64,000 nt of DNA from Tetramitus jugosus (taxonomy: Eukaryota > Protista > Heterolobosea). How positions within the stretch are numbered: position 1 is the stretch's first letter; every line of letters begins with the position of its first letter. This document shows, piece after piece, positions 46,306-56,690 of this stretch. The notes under the pieces are model-generated. The model was given only the letters and a program-made list of their open reading frames with translations. It was not told the DNA's origin and ran no database searches. The DNA lies in NCBI GenBank assembly GCA_937625935.1, contig OW569349.1:372001-436000 (forward strand), written 5' to 3'. A program made the translations under genes and the position numbers.

Positions 46306-47773
46306 ATGAGGCCCAATCACTTTGTTCGTGCCATGCAACAAAAGAAGCAATCTTCTCAACAACAACAAGAACCTGAACAACAACAACAAAAACAACAACA
46401 ACAGGAGAACTCCACCACAGCAACTCATCATCATCACCATCGTTCTCGCAGTGCTACTTCTCATCACTCCTCTAATAGGCAACATCATGCATCTTCATCG
46501 TCGTCCAATAATAAGACTAGAAACGTTCAATTTGGCAATGATGAGCAAGAAACAATGGACAACAGACAAGTTCTGCAGAGAACCACCCATTCCAAGTCAT
46601 CTTCTTCCCATCATCGAAAATCATCATCTCCACCTCAACTCGAAGACTCTGATTTTATTATCGGAGAATCTAATACAATCAATCAAGCACGGCGAAAATC
46701 CATTCTGAAGCAGAGCAGACTCCCCACCACACCCCCATCCAATCGAATGTCCGACATTGAACAGACCAATACAACAACAGCAACAGGGTCCCATTCTTCC
46801 AAAAAGAGAAAGAGATCAAGTTCTCATACAACAACTGATGTCAGTGAGGCTGATGGATCATCAAAGCAAAAGAAGCGGACTCGACTTGGCGCCAAAAATT
46901 TTTGTACAAGAGTATCAAAGGATTTGAGTGACTTTGATCAATTTAAACAATTGATTTCATTGTTGGAGGAGCACACGAGAGCCAACTATTGTGCCAAGCA
47001 TCATTTCCTGTCTGTTATACGTATGTGCTCTCTAATCTCTGTTTTTCTTTACTTTGGCATAACGAGTATTTGACAAAAGTTAACAACGATTTTTTTTGTA
47101 TTCGTTTTTAGATGATAATGTTTTTAAGAAATTACACAAGTTTGTCGAAGAGAAATTAACTGAGGCGTATGCCAGTGTATTGACACCCAATGAATTGAAC
47201 AGTTCATTGAAAGCAAAGGAGCACATTTTATTGGTGTTGAAACAAAGGTTGATGAATGAAGAGGAACAATGGATGAGAGTAGACAAGGAATTGGACCAAT
47301 GTGATGAACAGAGTAGCCAGACTCTGAGTGATTCACTGTTGTTAAAATCGTTGGATGATGATCAATCATCCAATAATAACAATAATGATGAACAACATCA
47401 CGATGTGTCAATCATGGAAGCAAACAGAGTGAGTCAACCACCAGAATCACCCATATCAAAGAGGATGCTGGATCAGATGACACGAACCATTATGGACATT
47501 GATTACCTGAACATGTGTACAAGTGAGATTGCTCAATTGCAGAATATTGCCAATCGACAGGACAAATCTCTTACAAATCGGTTGAAATCCGAACTGCATG
47601 TCACTCACAGCACTTCTTCGTCTATCAAGGAAACAATAGCACACGGATCCAGATCGCCAGGGGATTCTGAAACGATGGACACAAGTGAACAAATGAACTT
47701 ACTCTATGGATTCACCGACCCTAAAAAACTGTTGCAAGATATGCAGAACGATACGAGTACAATGGAACAATAA
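46306..47773 (+). CDS. Dsn1/Mis13-like kinetochore protein
   Basis: Disordered N-terminus with RRKS Aurora-B-type site; NFCTRVSKDLSDFDQFKQLI resembles fungal FYKHI..LPEP.RMKQLL; PNELN...KQRLMNEEEQW resembles PNP.N...RL..E...W. Intron 47021-47111. Confidence 0.6.
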
Positions 47774-47862
47774 ACACTGTTGCCTTGATTGAGTGTGCAT
47801 CCGTTTTGTTTAACTTTAGAGCTCCGTTACTAGCGTCTCGGGATTCAAACAATTTATTTCAA

Positions 47863-50554
47863 TTATAAATCTTCTGAGAAGGAGCTATGCTGAGTTGGAT
47901 CGTAATGAGGATCATCCATTAGCTCCTCATTCTCTTCAAAGTCTTCCTCTGGTTGTTTTGTTGTAATAAACTTTACACTGAGCTTTGGATGAACACTCTG
48001 TTCACACTGCAGAGTGAGGAATGAGGCTCTGAGACCCATGTGTATGGAGTTGCTAATTGAGAAACCATGAGCTATGCCATAGGTTAAACCAGATGCGAAA
48101 TTATCGCCACACCCTGTGACATTCACTCTCTTGTGGGCACTCACTGGGATTGCTGAATAATGATCAAACGTAATCTTATTCCTGTTTCTATATGCATGAA
48201 CAACACCGTATTTGCCTCTCGTTAGGAATATGTGATTGGCACCGTGTTGCACGAGCAATTTCATGCAATCATAGATGGAGAGATTGTTGGGACTGATGGA
48301 TGAAGACAAGAGAGCACTGGCCATCGCATACAATTCGTCCTCATTTGGTTTCATGTATGTGATGAGCGAGAGACAATTGACTTCAATTGGCTTGACACAC
48401 TTGGCAACGGATGTTGGCTCAAAGAACACTGAAAACTTTCTATTGTTGTTCTTGTTGTTGTTGTGCTGAGCAACAAAGTGGCAAATTGTTTTCAGAGTTG
48501 CTGATGAAACATTGCCATCCACGAATAGTACGATTGGTGCACTATTCTTGTTGCTGTTGCTATTGTTGTTGTTGTTCCACTCATAATTGTTCAATTGTTT
48601 GACAAGAGTAGACAAGTAGTCAGAGATTCTCTCTGGTGATAATTCTCGTTCTAAAATGTCCATGTCAGCCACTGCAGTCACCATCTCTCCCGTCTCATCA
48701 ATCATGCAATTATAAACTGCAGTTCGACTCGTATTGTCAAGATCATTGCTACTGCTGCCACTGCCACTGCCACTGCTACTGCTACTGCTACTGCTACCGC
48801 TACTACTATTATTATTATTATTGTTGTTGTTCTCGTTCATGGGATGAAACAGTGCAACGGAAGAATGATTCAACTGTAGATCATTGAGCAAATGATTTGT
48901 CAACAATGTGCCAAACGAATCATTCTGCAACGCAGAGACAAAATGAACTTGATTCTTCATTTGCAATTGTCTGCTCAGCAATTCGAGACAGTTTCTGGCC
49001 ACACCGCCGAATGAGACTTTGACCTTGCCTGGATTCGATGTGTGAGACAAGAGGCGAGTGCCTGATTTGGGAGAGGCAGAGATATCGAGTACACATCCAC
49101 CAATGCAAATGACATTGGGAATGATGTGTTGTTGTTGACTGTTTTTATGATTGGTGGTTGTGGTTGTTGTTCTTGTGGTGAATGACTTGAAAGAGAACAA
49201 AGTGAGAGAGACACAAATGTGATGATGATGATGAGATTTGGTGTTTATCAAAAGAGACGACAAATTATTTCTGGGTCAATGTGTGTGTTATTATCAGAGA
49301 CATGCATCAATGACGTCATCAATCACAGAATGATAGAGTATCCATTACATACCTGAGAGATTAATGCTCTGGCAATCTGAGCACCCACTCTTGCATTGTT
49401 CAATATCAATGCGATATCTACATGATGTCAAACATGAAGTTTACACAAAGTGTTAAAAACAAATACACAAAAAACACAAAATACACAAAAAACAAAAAAC
49501 ACACACAAACAGACGTCTACGTACTTGCTCTCAGAGATTCACCACCAGTGAGTTCATTGACTCGTTTCAACAAGAATGGAGTGACATCCTTGCCCTGTAT
49601 GCCCTGTTCATGCGCCTCAGACAATGCTCTCTCTACGGCAGCATGGATTGGAGCATTGTTTGCTTCTTCGTTTGCTGGAATGGGAACAGCCAACAACAAT
49701 CCAGACTCGACACCCAACTGTGCACTGCTCTTGATCATTTGAGCCACTTGTTGCACAGAGTCTACTCTCATGGGTGATTCCAGTCCACTGTGTCTAGTGA
49801 AAAAGGCTGGGAATTCATTGGTTTGATAGGTGGCTACAGTGACACCCATCGTCTCCAAGTACTCCAACGTCTTTTCAATGTCCAATATGGATTTGACACC
49901 TGCACTGATGACTGTAGTGCTCGTGCGACCCAACTCTGTCAAATCAGCTGAAATGTCCATGGTATCGGAGACGCCACGGTGCACTCCACCGATTCCACCC
50001 GTCACAAACAATGAGATACCCACCATGTGAGCAATCATCATGGTGGCACTGACTGTTGTGGCACCGTGTTCTCTATTGGCAACAATGCATGACAAATCAC
50101 GTCTACTGCACTTTTTCACCAAGTGTTGTTCACCGAGTTGACTCAATCGATCCATTTCATCATCTGACAGTCCCACATGAATGATACCATCTAGAATGGC
50201 AATTGTAGCAGGAATGGCACCATGTTCTCTAATGACTGCCTCTACGCGTCTCGCTGTTTGAACATTGTGAGGATAGGGCATGCCATGAGTGATGATGGTG
50301 GATTCTAGAGCCACAATATTGTTCATTCCTCTGCCATTGCCATACTTGTTGAGTGATTGTTGAACAGATGGGTGAATTTGAATCATTGGTGGTGGTGATG
50401 GTGGTGGTATAGATACTGATGATGGTGGTGATGATGATACTGATGGTGATGATTGTTGTTGTGATTGTTGTTGTTGTTGGGTGGAAGAGGAGAGAAGGTA
50501 TTGAAGAGGTTTCGATACCAAATGATTGCTAATGACTTGTAATCGGTGATGCAT
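47863..50554 (-). CDS. Bifunctional pseudouridine-5'-phosphate glycosidase (PsuG) / pseudouridine kinase (PsuK, PfkB family)
   Basis: PsuG: VALESTIITHGMPYP, TGGIGGVHRG, DISADLTELG, GKDVTPFLL. Exon 2 (49417-49353) is NIALILNNARVGAQIA. PfkB: GGVARN, FEPTS..K, PNEDE, NVTGCGDNF. Introns 49524-49418 and 49352-49186; the latter needs an AAG acceptor. Confidence 0.85.
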
Positions 50555-50791
50555 TTCTTTTTGTATGTTTTTGTATGTAATGTTCGATGTTGTTGTTGAT
50601 TTTTGTGTGATGGGTTTTTCTTCTTCTTGTTGTGTCGTCGGCCTTCTTGGAAATGCAGGGGGTGACGATGATCCTTTGGTTGGAATGAGTGGTCGTGAAT
50701 GGACACATCCAATATGTCCAGAATCACCATGACCAGAAAAGTGGTCTCAATTTTATAATAACTTCATAATTAACATGTCTATAAATAGACA

Positions 50792-50874
50792 GCATTGATG
50801 CTCGAGCGGTCAAGAGGTTGGACTTGAAATCCAATACCGGAAACGGTGCGCAGGTTCGAATCCTGTTCAATGCG
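50792..50874 (+). tRNA. tRNA-Ser(TGA)
   Basis: Acceptor stem GCATTGA/TCAATGC with G discriminator; anticodon stem TTGGA/TCCAA with loop CTTGAAA; long variable arm; T-arm GCAGG-TTCGAAT-CCTGT; T6 terminator at about 50879-50884. Confidence 0.97.
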
Positions 50875-50938
50875 AAACTTTTTTCCTATCTGGTCTTCTT
50901 CGTTTACAGATAAACGTTTCTCTAACAGGGTAATCAAA

Positions 50939-52564
50939 ATGGCAGCATCTCATCCCAACCATAAGTGCCGAGTATTTGTTAAAATCAATGGCATGGCTCC
51001 CTTCGTGCTATCATTGAACAAAGGACTTCAACTTGATCATTACAGACAAATTGTTGACCTGTTCTACACTCAAGAGTTATACAGTGGCAGTCCTCCATCT
51101 CCATTGTACATTTGCAAAATTGTGAACTTTCCAAACGGGGACAAGCTATTTGAATACAAGAGAAAACAGACCATTAATGCCATTTTCTCGATCGAAATGC
51201 AACAACAGACCAACATCAACGACGAACCTCCTCCATGTGAGGACAGTATTACATTTGTGAAGAACAATTTTGCAGATCAATGTTCGTTGAGTGAGATTCC
51301 AAAGTTAATTGGATTAAATAGACTGTTACTCTTGTTAACTGATCCTTATAGTGATCACTTCATTGAGAGAGTTTTCTGGTACACTCACAGAAAACTAGCG
51401 AAACCGATTGTAGTACTGACGAAACTAATAGAACGATTTGATTTGAAGGACATTGGCGAAGATGATCCCACCTACACTCTCTTGGACAAGCAATATTACA
51501 ATATGAGCTTGAAGCCAGAAGTTCAGAGAAAAGTTTTATCCATTATTTCCAATTGGATTGATATCTCTTTCTTTGATTTTGATGATAAGATGGTGACTGT
51601 TCTGACTGATTTTTGCCAGACGAAACTAACTTCGGCATTGTATCGCTCTCTATCAGAAATCTTGCTTCAAAAACTTTCAACTCGTTCCAGAGAAGAATTG
51701 TGGAAGAGCGCTCGCCCGTTGAAGGTGATACTCAATCTTCCAACAGCGAACACTAATCGGTTCTCAAGACTCATAGGAAACGATTTCTCGAATTCTAATG
51801 GTTCCTTTTCTTCTCTCTCTTTTGCAGTTCCCTCCCTCTTGTCTCTTTCAGAACAAGAAACTGCGGAACTTTTGACCTTTGTAGATTTTAGAATCTACAG
51901 TGAAATTCACTTTTCTGAAATGTTAGGACAAGCGTGGAACAAGGAGGATCGAAGACACATGTCACCAAACATTGTTACCAGCACAGGGTTCTTCAATTTG
52001 GTCGGAAACTGGGTGGCAGTGAGTCTTCTGAATGTAACAGATATCAAAGAGAGGAAGAAAATGTTGAAAAAGTTTATCGGTATCACAAACTGCTTGCTTG
52101 AGTTGAATAGTCTTAACATGGTCATGGCCGTCAGTGGAGGTTTAACCAACGCTTCAATTCATCGTCTGAGCAATACCTGGGATTCTCTCGATGAGAAAAC
52201 ACAGAGAACCTGGCAACACATTCTAACACTCTCGAGTGGTGCTCAAAACTCAAAGGAACTACGACTGAAAATGAAGGAGTTGTATGATACAGGTAAGAAT
52301 TGTTGTCCTTTTGCTGGAGTGTACCTTAAAGATTTAGTGTTCGTCGATGATGGCAATCCAACCTTTATTGATGGTAAAATCAACTTTGCAAAGTGTGCGC
52401 AACAATACAACATGATGAATCAGGTTCTGCGCTTCCAAGGTAGACTCTACTCTCAATTACCTCAACCCAACATGGATCACGTATCAGAACTATTGGCTCA
52501 TGAATTGATTGATGACCATTCACTGTATCGCATGAGCCAAGAGGTGCAGCCCAGAAAGAGTTGA
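50939..52564 (+). CDS. Ras guanine-nucleotide exchange factor (REM + CDC25)
   Basis: VLSIISNWID...DFD, AELLTFVD, FFNLVGNWV, IHRLSNTW, PFAGVYLKDLVFVDDGNP, KINFAK. Confidence 0.92.
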   Translation: MAASHPNHKCRVFVKINGMAPFVLSLNKGLQLDHYRQIVDLFYTQELYSGSPPSPLYICKIVNFPNGDKLFEYKRKQTINAIFSIEMQQQTNINDEPPPCEDSITFVKNNFADQCSLSEIPKLIGLNRLLLLLTDPYSDHFIERVFWYTHRKLAKPIVVLTKLIERFDLKDIGEDDPTYTLLDKQYYNMSLKPEVQRKVLSIISNWIDISFFDFDDKMVTVLTDFCQTKLTSALYRSLSEILLQKLSTRSREELWKSARPLKVILNLPTANTNRFSRLIGNDFSNSNGSFSSLSFAVPSLLSLSEQETAELLTFVDFRIYSEIHFSEMLGQAWNKEDRRHMSPNIVTSTGFFNLVGNWVAVSLLNVTDIKERKKMLKKFIGITNCLLELNSLNMVMAVSGGLTNASIHRLSNTWDSLDEKTQRTWQHILTLSSGAQNSKELRLKMKELYDTGKNCCPFAGVYLKDLVFVDDGNPTFIDGKINFAKCAQQYNMMNQVLRFQGRLYSQLPQPNMDHVSELLAHELIDDHSLYRMSQEVQPRKS

Positions 52565-52695
52565 ATCGTGAATCGGGTCAGACAGATTATTGTTCATTCA
52601 ACCAAAAATTGAACATGTCATGTGAAATTGAACATTTTCGTCACAACACAGTCAGAAATATACTTTCATCAATAAAAAACCAAATACACTGAATC

Positions 52696-52992
52696 ATGAC
52701 TCAACATCAACAAGTGAGTGAATGCTATTCATTGCCTCATCTCATCATCTATTTGGATGAAATACCAGAGACGCTGCTCAATAAGCGATACAATCACATT
52801 ACCAACTACATTTCACTGCAATTGATTCAACAACAATCATCATCATTGTCATTTATTGTTGATCATGTAAACACACGCAGCACAACAACAATGGAAAAAC
52901 ACACAAATGTGAAAATACAAGGCAAATCCTATGCCATTACACTCAAGACTATCATTCACAATCGCAACAACAATCATGCCACTCTTGTTGAA

Positions 52993-53023
<31 letters not shown>

Positions 53024-55065
53024 AACAACCACAATCCATACAATACAAGATTACACTGGATACTCGATTACAATTCATGAGAATGAATCTCAACAATCAT
53101 AAACTGAGTGATGATGATCATCACAAGAGCAATAGCAGTAGTAGTGGTAGTCGTAACCACACCATGATGGGTGGAATGGAAAAGGAAAAGAAACAATTGA
53201 ATGATATCATGAATCAATATTTTGGTAATAGTGACAATAATAGTAGCCATAATAGTAATAGTAATAGTAATAGTAATAGTAATAGTAATAGTAATAGTAA
53301 TAGTAATAGTAGTGGATGTTTGATACATGGAATGGCAGGAACAGGAAAGGATACACTTGTTCAACACATGATTCATCTCTATCGTCATCAAATCAATCAA
53401 GTTCACACATTGCACTCTTATCAATTTCTCTATCACAACAATAGTAGTAATAGTGGTGGTGGTAGTGGTAGTGGTAGTGGTGGTAATAGTAACTTGTTTG
53501 GTCAAGATGAACAATTGATTCACCAGTATCTCAATCAATGCATTCAAACAGCACCATGCATTCTATTGATTGATCATATTCATCACTTGTTTTCATCTAG
53601 TAGTAGTAGTAATAGCAATGGTAGTGGTGGTAGTGGTAGTCAACAAAAGAGATTGATACAGAGCATGATTCAATTATTAGACACGATACATGAATTCAAC
53701 AACAACAACAACAATAACAACAACAACAACAATAATGAGAAACAGAAGAAGATTCTAGTGATTGGTGTATGCAATCAATTGAGTCAAGTGGATGATCGAA
53801 TCAAGAGATCAGGTCGAATGGATCAATTTGTTGAATGTTGTGTGCCTGATACTCACAACAGACAATGCATTCTCTATTCCATATTGAAGGAACATCATTA
53901 CAATCATCACCATCATCCTACTACTACTACTACAACTACTACTACTACGACTAGCAGCAGCAGTAGTGATCATGAGAATGATGACCATAACTATGATCAG
54001 AGAATACAAGAATTGAGTGCTCAAGTATCACAGTGTACACATGGTTATGTGCAGAGTGATTTGAAAGCATTGTGCAATGAAGCTTACTTTTATCACTTGT
54101 CTCAATGGATGACACATCGCAATCACCATCAGAATCACCATCAGGATCACCATCAGGATCATCATGACCATCGTTACTTGTCCATGAAACATTTTCAGTA
54201 TGCATTGTCTCATGTGAAACCGAGTGCCATCAAAACTGTGCTCGTCGAAGTGCCCCATGTCAAATGGAGTGACATTGGAGGACAATCCGAAGTGAAGCAA
54301 TCACTGAGAGAATCAGTGGAGTGGCAATTGAAACACTCGGATGCATTCCAGAGAATGAACATTAGACCACCGAGGGGCATATTGCTGTATGGAGCACCTG
54401 GCTGTTCCAAAACTCTCATGGCCAAGGCACTGGCCACTGAAGCAAACATGAATTTTATTGCTGTGCGTGGACCAGAACTGTTTAGCAAGTGGGTTGGTGA
54501 GTCGGAGAGAGCTGTGCGTGACTTGTTCCAAAAGGCTCGCAACAGTGCACCGAGCATTGTCTTCTTTGATGAGATTGATGGATTGGGAGGTGAGAGAGGC
54601 GGTGATGGAGGTGGTGGCGGTGTCAGTGATCGAGTGCTATCTCAATTGTTGAACGAATTGGATGGTATTGATCCATTGCAGGGCGTAACAGTCATTGCTG
54701 CCACCAACAGACCTGATATGCTCGATAAGGCACTGTTGAGACCAGGTCGCATTGATCGTATGCTGTACGTGGCACCACCCGACCTCGAATCTAGAGTTCA
54801 AATCATTGAGATTCAATTGAGACGAATGAAATCGCATGGATTGACGGATCAAGATGTACTCAGTCTCGCACAGTCCACAGATGGATACAGCGGTGCAGAG
54901 TTGACTGCTCTGTGCAGAGAAGCTGCCTATCGAGCGCTCAGAGAAGACATTCATATTGAAAGAGTGGACTTGCGGCATTTTGAAATGGCTCTTGAGACTG
55001 TCAAGCCCAGAATTTCACCTCAAATGATCCAGTTTTATCAATCATTTGCCAATAAAGCACTCTGA
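52696..55065 (+). CDS. AFG2/SPATA5-like double AAA+ ATPase with degenerate D1
   Basis: D2: VKWSDIGG, GILLYGAPGCSKT, FFDEID, AATNRPD..DKALLRPGRID. D1: GMAGTGKD and LLIDHI. Confidence 0.85.
53251..53310 (+). repeat. (AATAGT)x10 coding microsatellite encoding (NS)n
   Basis: Perfect hexamer tandem immediately before the D1 Walker A. Confidence 0.95.
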
Positions 55066-55099
55066 GTACTTCGTCGTACATGATTCATCTTTTTATTGG

Positions 55100-56083
55100 T
55101 TAATGTCGCTGCTGCAGTGTGGCTTGATCCAATGCTTCATAAAACTTTTCTGGTGCCACAGTAATCCACAGTCCAGTGGATTCCACGTGAACCGTCTTGC
55201 CATCAATGCTCTTCATCACACCATCAGCCTTGATCTTTCGCCCATCCACAGCCAATATCTTTGATTCACAAATGACAACAGACTCCAGAGGCATAAACTT
55301 GCGATAGTTGACAGCTACAATAATAGGAGATGGTTAAATCACTAATACTTACCAAGCCACCAGCTCAAACAAACAAATTATTACACACAAATACTTACTT
55401 AAGTTGGCAGTCAATGCAAACAAATCACATCTCCACACATTGGCAGTCATGACAGAGTCTAAAATGGTAGCCATGGATCCACCATGAGAGCACCCAGGGG
55501 GTCCTTCCATATGAGGCCCAAAGTACACGACAACAATTGATTTTTGTTGCCTCTTGGAAAAGTAGGAGACGTATTCGAATTTCTTGACATCCAGTGTGCC
55601 CTGTTTCTTGGACAGTAGATATTGACGGAAATGAGAATCATTATCACCACCACCACTACCACCATCACTAGATATCGTATCAGCATCGTCTGAAGATGGC
55701 CTTGCTGGACGATCAGGTGGTAGAGTCACTCGCTCAAAATCAGGATCACACTCCAATTGTTGAATCAACTGGAGTGCTTGTTCATTCTTGGAGATGATGG
55801 GAGGAACATGGGCGATCAGCATATTCTGAAGAGGGTTGACCCTTGTTGTTGTTTCTCCTTCATCAGCATGCAATCGAGATGATGAGAAGTGAGCATCTGC
55901 GGACCCAGGTTGATAATCATCATCGTGGTTGGATAACAAGACAAAGGCAGTTGCAGTCAAAGCAACCACCGAGGCAATTGTGGTGCTGCGTTGAAAGATA
56001 GACTGCTGATGATGTATGGTCTCCTTGGAGAGAAGAGGACATTGTTTGGCGCTCCTCCTGAACAACGTGTGAAATCTTTGCAT
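55100..56083 (-). CDS. THEM4/PaaI-type hotdog acyl-CoA thioesterase, likely mitochondrial
   Basis: FGPHMEGPPGCSHGGSMATILDS. Intron 55398-55315 gives TANLTVNYRKFMPL. Basic presequence followed by a hydrophobic segment. Confidence 0.88.
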
Positions 56084-56690
56084 TTGTTTTTTTGGTTATC
56101 TCAGAGAATTCTCCTATACACCCATACACCAAACCAGAAGCACTCAGAGCAGAGCCGTGTGCATTGGTTGAGTGCTGGGTTTGGGTGAAGCGACGTACTG
56201 TTGTTGACTATATTCATTGAAAAGATGATCATTTCCGGCCGTTCAATCCAACCAACTCAAAATTCGGACGCCAATCTTCCCCGTCCGACCATGCTGACCG
56301 AAATGAATTATTTTAAGTGTAACAATATTTTAACACACCGGAAGGTTTACAGCTGAAATACATTAATAATGTACCCTGCAATTTATTTATATAAGAATAC
56401 TTCAATAATTTCAATATATTAATTGAATATCTTACTAAAGTTTAATGTATCCGTTTCTGCGTCATTTAGTTGGAAGTATCTTCGCGATTCTTAACTATTT
56501 ATATCTCGAAAATATTACGAATGAAAGCTGAGTATGAAGGTGTTTGTCCTTGGAGAACTTACTTTAACGTTTCGCGTGGACATCTGAAGAAGGGCCCTCA
56601 TGCTTCAGTACAAGCGCATCAACAACTCGCGTTCCAAACAGTTTTACAACTCACAAGGTTCAGTTATGGCTTTATGGCTTTGTCGTTTAT

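Noticed and set aside
50846-50938. Track start of the RasGEF ORF overlapping the tRNA
   Set aside because: It is a GTG start inside the tRNA gene; the ATG at 50939 is the plausible start.
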